Below, in pieces: positions 48,301 to 59,300 of a DNA stretch of 64,000 nucleotides. A program made the position numbers and the translations under genes. The stretch comes from Azolla caroliniana (taxonomy: Eukaryota > Plantae > Polypodiophyta): assembly GCA_043228905.1 (NCBI GenBank), contig JBHGNT010000009.1:8804001-8868000 (forward strand), in the 5' to 3' direction. Positions within the stretch are counted from its first letter, which is position 1. Each line of letters begins with the position of its first letter. The notes under the pieces are model-generated. The model was not told the origin of the DNA and did not search any database. It saw nothing but the letters and a program-made list of their open reading frames with translations.

Positions 48301-48961
48301 TTGGATCAATGCATCCGATCTCCCTCGATGTGAACGCGAATGCTTTGCCGTGTTGCTCCAACATCTCTCGAAACCGTTTTTCTTCTTCTTGTAAGAGGAA
48401 CCCACCTCCACCGATCCGAAGTTTCTTCCGGGTCTCATCTGTGAAGGCATGTCCGATATCCACGGTCTTCCGAAGTGTCGGATCTCCCGAGACTTCTTTC
48501 CTCTTTTGTTCGCTATCGGCGGGTAGTGGTCCCGCGGCCGGTTTCACTTTCTTCTCCACGGTCTTGTATTTCGTACTTACCATTGCTTCTTCTTTGCGGA
48601 GCGCATCCGGCCCCATTTTCGCAACGATCTCGTACATCTCGACCGATTCCACCGGGACTACCCGGTTCCCTTGGCTTTTATCTTTCGCAAGCTCTTCAAG
48701 CCGTTGTAGTGTATTCCCATAGAACACTTCCTCGATCACTCCCACGATTTCTTCGTCTTCTTTTATTATTGATGCCGACCGTAACTTATCCTCCACTTGT
48801 CGGTATTGTTTCTTCATTCCTCCGGTTACGGTCGTGTACGTAGATGCCCCATCCGGGCCGATTCGTACTTGTTTTGCTCCGAGAGTTTTCTTCCTGTGTG
48901 GGGTATCAGGGCTTCTCGGACTATCACTTCCCCACTCCGCAACAGTCCGCTTTAAAAATCC
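45350..48961 (-). CDS. pol: Pol (RT-RNase H-integrase) of element E, -1 frame; stop codon lies inside the 3' LTR
   Basis: 1155-aa ORF from 48817; frame is open up to the slippery site; FLDD, RNase H DTSPTG, HHCC, DDE and GPY motifs. Confidence 0.95.
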   Translation of the reverse strand, partial: GFLKRTVAEWGSDSPRSPDTPHRKKTLGAKQVRIGPDGASTYTTVTGGMKKQYRQVEDKLRSASIIKEDEEIVGVIEEVFYGNTLQRLEELAKDKSQGNRVVPVESVEMYEIVAKMGPDALRKEEAMVSTKYKTVEKKVKPAAGPLPADSEQKRKEVSGDPTLRKTVDIGHAFTDETRKKLRIGGGGFLLQEEEKRFREMLEQHGKAFAFTSREIGCIDPKIVEPMVIFTIDHVPWNLKPIPVPRAHIPKVIDLLKEKVAMGILEPSSAPYSNRWFTVPKKNGSLRFIQDLQPVNKVTIRNSGVGPIVDEFAEAFAGRAIYSIGDLYSGYDQFQLAVESRDITTMRTPIGLVRMCTLPQGATNSVAHMMNAMNKVLRDCIPEITMPFLDDIPMKGCAVEEKDETMDDRGCRKFVVDHIHDCEKVLRKLEDVHLTLSGEKSAFGQEEILVVGHLCGPYGRRPSPTKIDAIQAMKEVCESTSEVRRFLGACAFYHIWIPHYAHIADPLYHLLRKGKKFEWKPEHTKAMRKLKKTLWRAESLKKPSYERPIIVTVDTSPTGIGWVINQADSDGSRYPIRFGAKVLNERQRGYAQVKRELWGVVSAIKSDRDYLIGAEVVIETDCLPILGMMRCCTIPDVAMLRWIAYVKSLNPEVRHISGKDNAVADMLSRARFEDDITESDNEEVSEDYFTSEHICRVNVIREFREEEYEGETLMIGKMLQEVEDSTNDKERRAEIRRKKRQVQKFFLENGLIWRTPKRPDGIPLRVVGTKEQRNRIMSEFHESDWAGHRGTWATFVKIKQRYWWKNMYKDVAEFTESCEKCQVYSGVRHRDELHPTFSPTINFKWMVDIVAMPTGMGQKKYLVLAREDLTNQVEGRALRRKTCAAVCQFLLEEVFCRYGCVGQVIADRGELDSDKARGFFAKHGVRLTLTTAYNPEANGKIERGHSPIVKALAKACDGRVKDWPQMLPYALWADRTTHSSVTGYMPAELMTGQAPVMPTETAIATWTILPWKEEMSREELLAVRIRQLEGRPKDVAEASRRQQEARFRNKSRFDTKHRLRPRRIEEGDWVIVYDSSLDHQHTTMRKFAKRWFGPYEVRKVFDNGTYRLSELDGTILRVPIAGKRVKIFKKRTDDKPYVIQVEADNKEQSDEDHNDAGSEESGLQLIVDIRGESEEASDEDGYEESRTSAHTGGCAGLEGASVVV
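48898..48961 (-). promoter_or_regulatory. Putative -1 frameshift signal (G GAT TTT plus predicted pseudoknot)
   Basis: Heptamer 48955-48961; stem CGGACTGTTGC/GTGATAGTCCG; loop GTGGGG pairs with downstream CCCCAC. Confidence 0.78.
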
Positions 48962-50991
48962 ATTCTCACTTGGGACAAGAGTTCCCTCTTGTTCCTTTCG
49001 TGATTTGCCGGCACCGTTAGGAATTGGACGGATTTCCCTCCGTTTTGGCTCCGAATTCGCGCAAAAGCCGCACCACTGTCGAGCACCTTCGTCTCCATCC
49101 GTGAAGCCGTGATAAAGGGTTGGCCGAGGATGACAGAATGTGAAACCTCATCCTGCACAAAGAAATTTTGGTCAATTTCGACATCCCCGATCTTTACCGT
49201 CACATCCGGACAAGCCGCAAATAGGTCTTCTGTCGTTTTCGTGGCTGCCCGAATCTTCCATCCATGGTTGGTGTTTATAGGCCACTTCCCCTTTCGGTAG
49301 AACTCCTTGGACATCAAGTTGATCTCCGATCCGTGATCAATCAATGCTAGCACGGGTTCTTTGATGTTGCCGATTCGGACCGGAGTCTCCGTAGTCGCAC
49401 GTGCCCAGTGTGGCCTTGTATAGTGGGAGTTCGGAATTTCGCCTTCCACTTCGGTGTCGTTCATTGAAACGGTATTTGCATTCACCCTTGGAGCATTTTC
49501 CTCCGTACTTTGTCTCTTCCTTTTCACGAGATCCACGAGAAGATCGTGAAACTCCTTCTTCGCTATTCCGAGTAGTTCCCGCAGCGAAAAATCTACCCGG
49601 CTATCCAAGATTCTTTCCTCGAACACTCTTTTCAAGTCGGTTTGTTGTTCTATGTCCGAGGCGAGCTTGAATGCCGGAGTCGCCTTTTCTTTTCCCTTAC
49701 CTCCGGAGTTCCAGCTTTCCGGTATCTTCGATGGTCCGGCCGCATCCTCCGTGCGCCGTCGTTTCTCGTCCACATACACCTCATGTAATTGACACAGGGC
49801 GTATATGCTATTCTTGTCGACAGGGCACTCCCATCCCGTAGCTTCCCGGACGCCTTCCGCGGTGTTTCGGATATCGTTGGAGTCGGTTTTCTCGGTGTTT
49901 CCTAGCACCTCCGGCCAGAAAGACGCCTTCGCTCCTGTTGACTCCCCGACACATATTCCCGCGGTTGTCGCATAGTTGCTTCTTGCCGCTAACTCGTCCT
50001 CGAGCACCTTCTTCATGCCGCCTTTCCGGAAGTTCGGTCGGAGTGGCTTCCGAGAGTCCATCGAATGAATCCGGTTTCCCTCGTAGTAGATGAGATCCCG
50101 TCGTAGCGCCTCCTTATGGTCGTCGCAATCCCTCCGATCGTGTTCGGCGCTATCGCACCATATGCACCGTCGATCCGTATATTTGGAGCTTGTGGGGCGG
50201 TCATCCGACTTCTTCACCATCGCGATCTTTAGATTCTCCATCTCCTTCAGCAGCTGCTCCACCGTAGACGCGTCGACTCCCTTCTCGGCCGTAATCTCCC
50301 GAGCCCTCGGTTGATGGTCTTCCAATCCCGTTCTCGGTTTCGGAATCGGTTCCGAAACCCTCTTTTCTTCGTTGGCAAGCCATTGCCCCCTCTTCGTGTA
50401 CCGCGCGACGATATCCCGCACGCTTTCCCATGTTTCGGTGAGGCCGCTTTCGGTGGTCGTGTCCTCAAGAAGCACTCCGAGATCTTTCCGGTCCCGGACG
50501 TCCACAGCTCGCAAAAACATGATGACTTTGTCCGGTGCAAGAATAGTTTGATCTCTCGCGGACAACCTCCCGAACCGACTTTCGAATGTCGAAAACACTT
50601 CGAGGACCTTTAGCCCCTTACCTGGCGTTTCCACCCAATCCTCGAATCCCCTCCGCGTTGCCTTGGAGGAGTCCTCGATGGCAAACGTGGTCTTTAACGC
50701 CTCTTCGAATGCTTCCCACGTCGGATTTTGTTGTTGCAACCCGTGGATACTCCCTTGAAGCCCGTCGGTCGCCACCCGGTTAAAGGATGTCACTTGCAGT
50801 CCTTCCGAAGCCCGGCACCGGAGCATCTCCGCCTTGTAATTCTGCAAATATCGCGACACATCCTTACCATTAAATTGCCCGTTGCGTTGCACGAGCCGCT
50901 CTACTGATGCCGAAATCTCCGACATCGTGCGTTGTTCTTGAAGCATCCGTTCGAACATCGCCATCATATTGTTAGCTTGTTGAGCCTCCAT
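48952..50991 (-). CDS. gag: Gag-protease of element E
   Basis: First ATG after the PBS at 50991; CIWCDSAEHDRRDC knuckle; ALIDHGSEINLM protease. Confidence 0.93.
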   Translation of the reverse strand: MEAQQANNMMAMFERMLQEQRTMSEISASVERLVQRNGQFNGKDVSRYLQNYKAEMLRCRASEGLQVTSFNRVATDGLQGSIHGLQQQNPTWEAFEEALKTTFAIEDSSKATRRGFEDWVETPGKGLKVLEVFSTFESRFGRLSARDQTILAPDKVIMFLRAVDVRDRKDLGVLLEDTTTESGLTETWESVRDIVARYTKRGQWLANEEKRVSEPIPKPRTGLEDHQPRAREITAEKGVDASTVEQLLKEMENLKIAMVKKSDDRPTSSKYTDRRCIWCDSAEHDRRDCDDHKEALRRDLIYYEGNRIHSMDSRKPLRPNFRKGGMKKVLEDELAARSNYATTAGICVGESTGAKASFWPEVLGNTEKTDSNDIRNTAEGVREATGWECPVDKNSIYALCQLHEVYVDEKRRRTEDAAGPSKIPESWNSGGKGKEKATPAFKLASDIEQQTDLKRVFEERILDSRVDFSLRELLGIAKKEFHDLLVDLVKRKRQSTEENAPRVNANTVSMNDTEVEGEIPNSHYTRPHWARATTETPVRIGNIKEPVLALIDHGSEINLMSKEFYRKGKWPINTNHGWKIRAATKTTEDLFAACPDVTVKIGDVEIDQNFFVQDEVSHSVILGQPFITASRMETKVLDSGAAFARIRSQNGGKSVQFLTVPANHERNKRELLSQVRMDF

Positions 50992-51007
50992 CTCCTTGCC
51001 ACCCGTT

Positions 51008-51025
51008 TTCACGTCGGGTTCACCA
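51008..51025 (-). promoter_or_regulatory. Primer binding site, tRNA-Trp
   Basis: Plus strand TTCACGTCGGGTTCACCA equals the tRNA-Trp 3' 18 nt including CCA; 4 nt from the LTR. Confidence 0.9.
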
Positions 51026-51584
51026 ACTGTGTCGTGCCTTTCGGCTCCGGATCGTTGCGTGAGTCGGGTGGGAACCACAGAGGTCTTGAACTAGGAGAAA
51101 GAAGTTCGTGAGATAGAGATTAATTATGAGTAAATAGCAAAGAGAAAGATAAGAAACTCGTGAATCACACGAGTATACTATATTAATTGGTACTTAGGGT
51201 GTTAAGAGAGAAGTAGATGTATAAATCGTGAATCCCACGAATAATTTTTGTATTGATTAATTCTTAATCCAAATAATCAACAACCCTTTACATATTTCTC
51301 TCCTCCTTATATAAGGAAGGAAGAGCTAAGCATGGCTTCTTGCTTTTTTTTTTTTACAAAAAGTGTTCATGTCCACTAAATGTGCATGTGATGCTTTTCT
51401 AATCCTTGCTTTTATTTGCCAAATATAGTGCTCATGCACGCTAGATGTGCATGAGTCACTTTTTAGTTGCTTGCGGTTTTCTATAAAATATTTACGCACT
51501 CTAAAAATACATGATTTACCTTTTAATAAAGGTATGCATAAATAAAGGTCTTATACATATTAAATCTACATTTAAAACACTTAA

Positions 51585-51655
51585 GATAATTTAATGTAAT
51601 GGTAAGGTTGGGGTTTGTCAACGTGGAGGTGCAGAGTTCGAATCACGCCCTGCGC
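51585..51655 (+). promoter_or_regulatory. tRNA-like Pol III cassette in the 5' LTR of E
   Basis: Same sequence as 45090-45160. Confidence 0.68.
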
Positions 51656-54600
51656 AGTAGTGAGTATTTCCTTTTTTTACATTTATGTCTCTATGCCGTT
51701 TTTCCTCCTTGCCGGTATGCCGTTTTCTTCCTTGCCGGTATGCCGTTTTCCTCCTTGCCGGTATGCCGTTTTCCTCCTTGCCGGTATGCCGTTTTCTTCC
51801 GGTTCTCACCGAGCACTCCATTCTCTATCCGGAGGGACAAAAATATAATTTCCACATAGTGTGTAACCTACACTACGACAACGTGAGGTACCACAACAAA
51901 TCCATAGATTGAAAGGAAAGTTGATTTTGCAAGCTCTGCAATTATGTTATATGGGAACATTGTCCCAAGAAGAGGTAGATTTATGTCATCTAGTATTACA
52001 ACACCTAAGAGGGTTTACCTTGCCATATCATTACTAATGAAGTTATTGAGATAACAAGGTTTTGTATTGACATCTCATTTTAATACAAATATAGATGTAC
52101 ACAAAAATAATAAACAAGGGAAAGTGGAAGTGGGTAGGATATCATAAAGTAATTGCTATAGTTAATATACAAAGGTATTTTCTGTTACACTTATGACAAT
52201 AGTGAACTTTAGTATACATTCTCCAATGAATTGTGTGGTTGAGGTTTATATCTCAACAAGAATGTAGACAATCATGTGCTCACAAGAAATCGGAATGTAG
52301 TTCAGTTATCGTTATGAAGGCATTATGAACTAATTATCTGGTCAATTATCATTATTCAAATGTTCAAGTTAAGATTGGGCAAGAGAGTTTACAATTTGTT
52401 TCTGAGGGTTCCTATACTCTAAGTGTGTTTCTCCCACTTGCATGCCAATTTGTTATCCTAGGAAATTAAATGGTGTAAGAAGTTGTAAGTAGCACTAACA
52501 CCTTATTATTTAAGGATGTAAGCAACTTATACATAAATAGAAGTGGTAGTTATATTGTTGATGTTAAGGATCACAAGAAGGTTAGTGATTTCTTCACACG
52601 TTGTAACTTACTTACTAGTTGTGTTGTATGAAATCTCTATCGTTTATACATTTTATTGTTGGCATCCATTGTGTTTTGTGTATGGTTGTGTTTTACATTA
52701 ATAAGTGACGCAATTAAGTGTACAATCAAGTATATGACAACATAATGGTATGTGACCCATTTATTTCAGATATACACATGAAATATGCATCATGATGAGA
52801 TTAGTTAAATGTTTTAAATATAAACAAGAGGAAGTTCTTATTTCACATCTAAAATCAGAGGAAACTACATTTATAATGTACATTTTTTATGAACAAAGAA
52901 TTATGGACACATGCATTGTGATAAATGATCCAAACAAGTTTATCAAAAAAGGGCAAATGTTATGAAATAATTCTAAGCTTTTTCCTTTTCTCTCCTAATG
53001 CACTTGAGATTTTGTTATTTGTTTGGTTATTGTAACCTAAAAGAAACCAATGGCCACGTTATTGCTCAAATAGCACCTATAATTGAGATAAAGGAATGCC
53101 TCAACCATATAATTTCTTGAATGATGTATATAATTGCTCTTTCATGGATTCACCAAGAGCATATAAGGAAATAACAATCCTTACTATTTAATGTCTCTCA
53201 CTTTCAAGCTCAAAATTTTAGTCTTCATTTAGGGTGTATGTGGGTTAAAATTGTATATGCATTAGTATTGGAGACTTGCACACCATGAGATTCTTTGATT
53301 CAAAAAACTACATGCACTCACGTGATAAGGTTATTAGTTATGGTGAATGCTCTAAATAAAGATGAAGTAGGTAAATTTTAGGTTATTGAGGAGAATTAGT
53401 AAGAAATATGAGTTATATTACAAATAACTCTTTTATGTTCATATTTCATAATTGTTTCCAAGAACATCATCTTCATGTTCCAAGTGTCAAGCATGGTTAC
53501 ATATACATACATATATGAACCCATGTGTGCCCAATTAAGACTCAAGTCCAATCCCAATTGAATCTTTTGCAGATTTCAAGAATTGCATTTAAAGCTTATA
53601 AAGGCAATGAATTTTTAATATAAGAAAAGTATGAAACCTTTTTGTGCAACAAGATCCAACCATATAGGTGATAGATCATAGGAGTATTGTTGCATGGAAA
53701 TCCTTGTTTTTTGCAAATGCATAAGCATTAGAATTAATCAACAATTGCTATACATATTCATGATAATACTAAATAGTGAGAGTTTTGTTCTTAGAATCTA
53801 TAACCATAAAGAACGTTGTCACATCTCAATTTTGAAATCCTTTTCTCCCAACAATAATCATAAATTCCATGACTACATCTTTGTAGGCATTAATAAAGTT
53901 ATAGATGTCTAGAACCTGGAACATTATTGTGAGTGCCTCACATAGAAAAGCATGTATTCCCAATCCTAATCACAATTCCATGATTATGCCTTCATGGTTG
54001 TAGAGAGCTTTCAATGGTTTTGTATTTCACTAATGCAATGTATAACTCTAAAGTTGAGTTTACATGAATCACAATAATGGCAAAATATAACTTGGACTTA
54101 CTAATTTGTATTCTTTCATAAGTAGAGACAAGGCTTTTTGTACTCATTATGAATTTTGTACAACAAGATTACCTTATTAATCTAAGTGCTACTATGTAGC
54201 ATCTACATACAAGAGGATGCATGAGTAATATATAGAGATATTATAACTAACATCCATAGTAGATCGAATTCATCAACCCCATTTCAAGGAGCAACATCAA
54301 ATATGGCATGGTTTCCTTGACCCCGAAGATGGCATTGTCGAAACAATGTTTTTACATTCTAGATGTTATTCCATCTATGGGAAGAGGATCCACTGCCCAC
54401 CCATATATCTAGCTTGTGGCTCATATTGGCTTCCTACATTAAACTTGTACCCTAGGGATGAATGGATTGGGATGTGAACATATACATCCTTGCGTAGAAC
54501 ATACTTACCATGATACTATTTTGCATTGGATTGCTTAATAACATGAGTTATCAATATCTTTCTTAACTTCTTGTGAAAAGAAAGTTAAAACATTTTGAAC

Positions 54601-56353
54601 AATCTACAAGAATCTAATTTGCATATTATGTTCATCATAAGATTCTTAGTAACTCTATCTCTATTGAGGATAAAGCTTCTTGTTAGAGACATCATAATAA
54701 ACACAAAAACTCAATTTGTCCATCCCTCCATTGGCTAAGACTTATCTTTAAAGATAATCATAAGCGTAAATGTTCCTCATATTATCAATGTCTCTAACAA
54801 ATGCAAATTCCATATTGCATAATGTAGATGCTCCAACATGTGACGATCATGACAAAAGTTGTGATTAACAACCCCAACTTTCCAATTTGATTGCAATCAT
54901 GTATTCCTTTTCACGGGACCCATGACGATCATGAATGTATAGGGGTAGCTTTATGTAGGCCCTTGCTAGATGTTTTTTTCTCTCTTTATGAGGGCAATTG
55001 AGGGCCAATATTGTGAAATTCAAAGGGCGTCTCACCCGAGGCTTATTGGTCAGACATCTAGGAGCTAGCATAATTGTTGCTCTCTTTGCTCAAGCTTAAT
55101 CTACATCCATACTTACATGCATCATACAAATATGTATTGACATGCATTTATACTATCAATGAGAACTAAGACATATTAAATACGTAAATGTTTAGATGTA
55201 TATTGATTAATTGATTAATTGCCGGATGTGCTAATGTGCATCCACAAAGTATGTATACACATGTGATATCCCAACATATATTGAGAGGAAATTGATGGCT
55301 TGATAGATGGCTTAATGCACATCTACAAAACAACATGTACACCATGCAAACATACTGCATGCCTATATGTGTGTGGGTGTAGGGTGTCGAGGTTATCTAC
55401 TTGACAACGAAGAAATTCTATGCCGATTGATTGATCTTGATAGGCAGGCAAGTAAAGTAGTGAGTGTCTTTGGTTGGAGCATGTATATGATGTCCATTGC
55501 ATGGAGTTGCTTTTATGTATATGCAAGTGCCTAGCCTATGCATGGACACACTTAGTAGCAGTGGTAGTTAGCAGCAGTTGTTAGTAGCAGTGGTAGTGGT
55601 AGTGGTCTATTTCATGAAGAAGAAGAAGAAGAAGAGGAAAGAGGAGGAGAAAGTGAAAGGATCAAAGAAACAAGAGTAGAGAGCTTTACTTTATATTTAT
55701 ATTTATATTTATTTGTTTGCAATTGATTCATTTATTGCATCTATTTTTAAATTACTCTCCAAACCAAAGAGTTGCACACAAAACAACAACAACAAAAACA
55801 AATTTAAAATGACCAAAAAAACACATAAACTAAATATTCCTTCATCTTAATAATCTTGTGAAAAACAGCAAATTATCATTTATTATTATTATTCCAAAAA
55901 GAATCATCATTTATTATTATGATATTCATAGTAAAGTTTGTAAATTGCTTTTAAAAAATGAATAAAAATAAAAAGTTATTCCATGTAAATATATATTATA
56001 ATATACTTTGTACTATGTGTATATATTTAAATAAACATATTATATATTGTTTTATATTTGAAGTATATAATTATAATTAATTCACCATTTGTGGGTCCCG
56101 CTCTCCATACACCCACTTCTTTTGTAGCCTATATAACTTACTAATCACAGTCTTATGATTCCCAAAATGGAAATATTTACCTCCCTGTAATCATCAATCT
56201 ATCCATCCAAGCAAATCGAGTCCATTTGCATTTTATAATTAGCACTAGAATTAATCCTTCAACGCTCTTGAGAATTAAGAAGTGTTATAATTGGAGGGGA
56301 ACCTGCAAGGTAGCTAAGAATCAATACCTGCAGGCTGCAAGCATTCAATCCGG

Positions 56354-59300
56354 ATGGCTGGGAATGAGTGGATCAACGGGTACTTAGAGGCAATACTTGA
56401 TGCTGGCTCAGGGATCAATGCGCGTGATTCCAAATCCCCTGTTCCTCAACAAGACCAGCATTTAAGCTCCAATAATTTCAACCCAACAAAATATTTTGTG
56501 GACGAAGTTGTCTCTGCATATGATGAAACCGATCTCCACAAAACATGGATGAAGGTATAAACAATCCCTAGAATTGTTAGAATGACTAATTTCCCATGTT
56601 GTAGTGTTTTTTCGAAAGGAAAAACATTGTGATTCAATTTAATGACAAATTTTGAGTTAAAATATGGTAGTTCTATGCTAATTATAAAGAGAGTTTCCGT
56701 CAGAATAACCTTAATTACAAACTACTAATTAACAGAAAAAAATATGTCTTGTTACTGTATAGGTAACTGCAATGAGGAATTCTCAGGAACGGAATACACG
56801 AATGGAGAACCTGTGTTGGAGAATTTGGCACTTGACCAGACGAAAGAAACAAGTGAAATTTTCTTCTCCTTCTCCTCCTCCTATTCCCTATGTGTTTTCC
56901 ATCACTTTCTTTAAATTATATAGAAAACTTAACCTCCTTATTCAAATTATTAAATGTACAGTTGTTAAATATAATAACCCATGTTAAATATAGGTACAAA
57001 ACACGTGTGGATCAAGAAATAGATTGTTATGGGTAGATAGTATCTGAAAATTTAATCTTTGATTATATCAATGTTCTCCTTTATATGTTATTTGTAGGGG
57101 GGATTGTGTTTCTAGTATTCCCAATGTATTTTTTTTCATTTTAACCACTATTTGGTAGTCCAACTACTTGATTTTGTTTATGTCCTACTTATACAATTAT
57201 CGGTTTATATTAAAGTGGCAGCTACTTAAACATGATTCAAGGATTATATCAAGCTAAAGTGTGCGTTCTGATGAATTTTATAAACTACTGTGAAATCTCA
57301 GGATATATTCCTGTCAATAGTTCCTCAATCCTAAAGCTAGTGTATCCAGAAAGCTTAGATTATATTTGTTTTCTAGTTACAGAATTTGATTGATCATATT
57401 GACGTTCTCTAAATGCTAACAAGTCCATATTGCTGCTATATACATAAATTCAAGCCCTAAAGTATGTGCTCTAATAATCAAGAATGTTCTAAAGTTTGTG
57501 CGGCATGGCAAAGAATGGTAAAGAGTTTGTTGAATTGGTTTTAAGAATGTATAAGATTTATTTGCAGTTGGAAAGCGAAGATGCAAATCGAATGGTGTGT
57601 CGCCGCATGGAAAGAGAACAGGGACACAAAGATGCAACCGAAGAACTGGCAGAAGAGTTGTCTGATGGAGAAAAAGTTGAATCGTATACACAAAAATTAA
57701 CAAGGAACTTCTCAGATCTAGATCAAGCACCAAGTGAGACACATCAGAAAAAGAAGTCATTATATTTGGTATTGATAAGGTAGACTCAAGAATGTTCTTT
57801 TTTCTTTCCTCACTGATACTGTAATTTTGTTCCATTGATATCGTAATTTTGTTCTCTTTGTCGGGAGAAAATTCTCCTACATGAATTTTGATGTCATTCA
57901 TTGTCTTCACACATTTGCTTTGCATCCAGTGTCCACGGTCTTGTTCGAGGAGAGAATATGGAGCTCGGAAGGGATTCAGACACTGGCGGTCAGGTAATAG
58001 TTTATGAACATGTCTATGGTGAGCTACAGCATTGAACTCAATTCTTAAAATGTGCTGTATTAATAGAGGCTTTTGATGAGACTTACCAAGTTTATCAATC
58101 CATCACTATGTTTAAAATACGTCCTTGAAGATGCACCAAAGCTCCATTCTAACAGGAGTCTATATTGATGATGAAAATATGTAGGTCAAGTATGTTGTAG
58201 AGCTTGCTCGAGCATTAGCATCAATGCCCGAAGTTTATCGAGTAGACTTGCTGACACGACAAATAACATCTCCCGATGTTGATTGGAGCTATGGTGAACC
58301 AACAGAGATGTTAACACCTGATCATTCTTATATTTGCGATACAGATGGTGCTGCTGGAGAAAGCAGTGGTGCTTACATAGTTAGAATCCCATGTGGTCCT
58401 CGAGATAAATACCTCCGTAAAGAGCTCTTGTGGCCTCACATACAAGAGTTTGTTGATGGTTCTCTCATTCACATTCTTAACATGGCTAGGGTCCTCGGAG
58501 AGCAAATCAACAATGGTGAACGTTACGTGTGGCCTTATGTAATTCATGGTCACTATGCCGATGCTGGAGATATTGCTGCCTTATTGTCGGGTGCTTTAAA
58601 TGTGCCCATGGTCATGACAGGGCACTCTCTGGGTAGGAACAAATTAGAACAGTTGCTTAAGCAAGGCCGTCAGTCGAAAGAAGACATCAACACAACTTAT
58701 AAAATCATGCGACGGATTGAGGGTGAAGAACTTGCCCTCGATGCTGCTGAGCTCGTGGTTACAAGCACACGGCAAGAGATTGATGAACAATGGGGTTTAT
58801 ATGATGGATTTGATGTGATGCTGGAGAGGATTTTTAGGCTTCGTGCGAAGAGAGGCGTGAGCTGCCATGGACGATACATGCCACGCATGGTGGTAAGTCT
58901 TTTGTATTTAAAACAGTTTTTACAAGCTGATAACGTTTGTCATGCTGAGCTATATTTTTAAGCTTTCAATGGGTTCTTTTTTAAAGGTAATTCCACCTGG
59001 ATTGGATTTTAGTAGTGTGATTGTGCCAGATGCTGGTGAAACTTTGGATGGAGAACACGATCTAACCATGGCTGATCCAGGGTCACCTTTGGCCGAGCCT
59101 CCAATCTGGTCAGAAGTAAGTGTTTTATAGATTTAAGTGTATTGTGAAAAATGTCCATGGTACGGTAGGTAAAGGGAGAAATTTCAACATGATTATGCTC
59201 TTGATTCCCAGATAAAGCGGTTTTTCAACAACCCACATAAGCCCATCATTCTTGCACTGTCGCGTCCAGATCCAAAGAAGAATATAACCACACTAGTGAA

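Larger units (their letters stand above)
44535..51880 (-). mobile_element. Intact, young Ty3/Gypsy element E (7346 bp): 5' LTR 51030-51880, 3' LTR 44535-45362, TSD ACGT
   Basis: LTRs differ by about 4 substitutions and one 23-bp repeat unit; PBS tRNA-Trp; PPT 45363-45374; both ORFs uninterrupted. Confidence 0.97.

Noticed and set aside
45622-50783. Numerous antisense ORFs over gag/pol (likewise 1753-6354 and 29476-32691)
   Set aside because: Shadow ORFs of coding sequence; no motifs and not conserved between B and E.
50992-51078. Gag N-terminal extension starting at GTG inside the LTR
   Set aside because: Non-ATG start that runs across U5/PBS; the ATG at 50991 matches the start position in element D.
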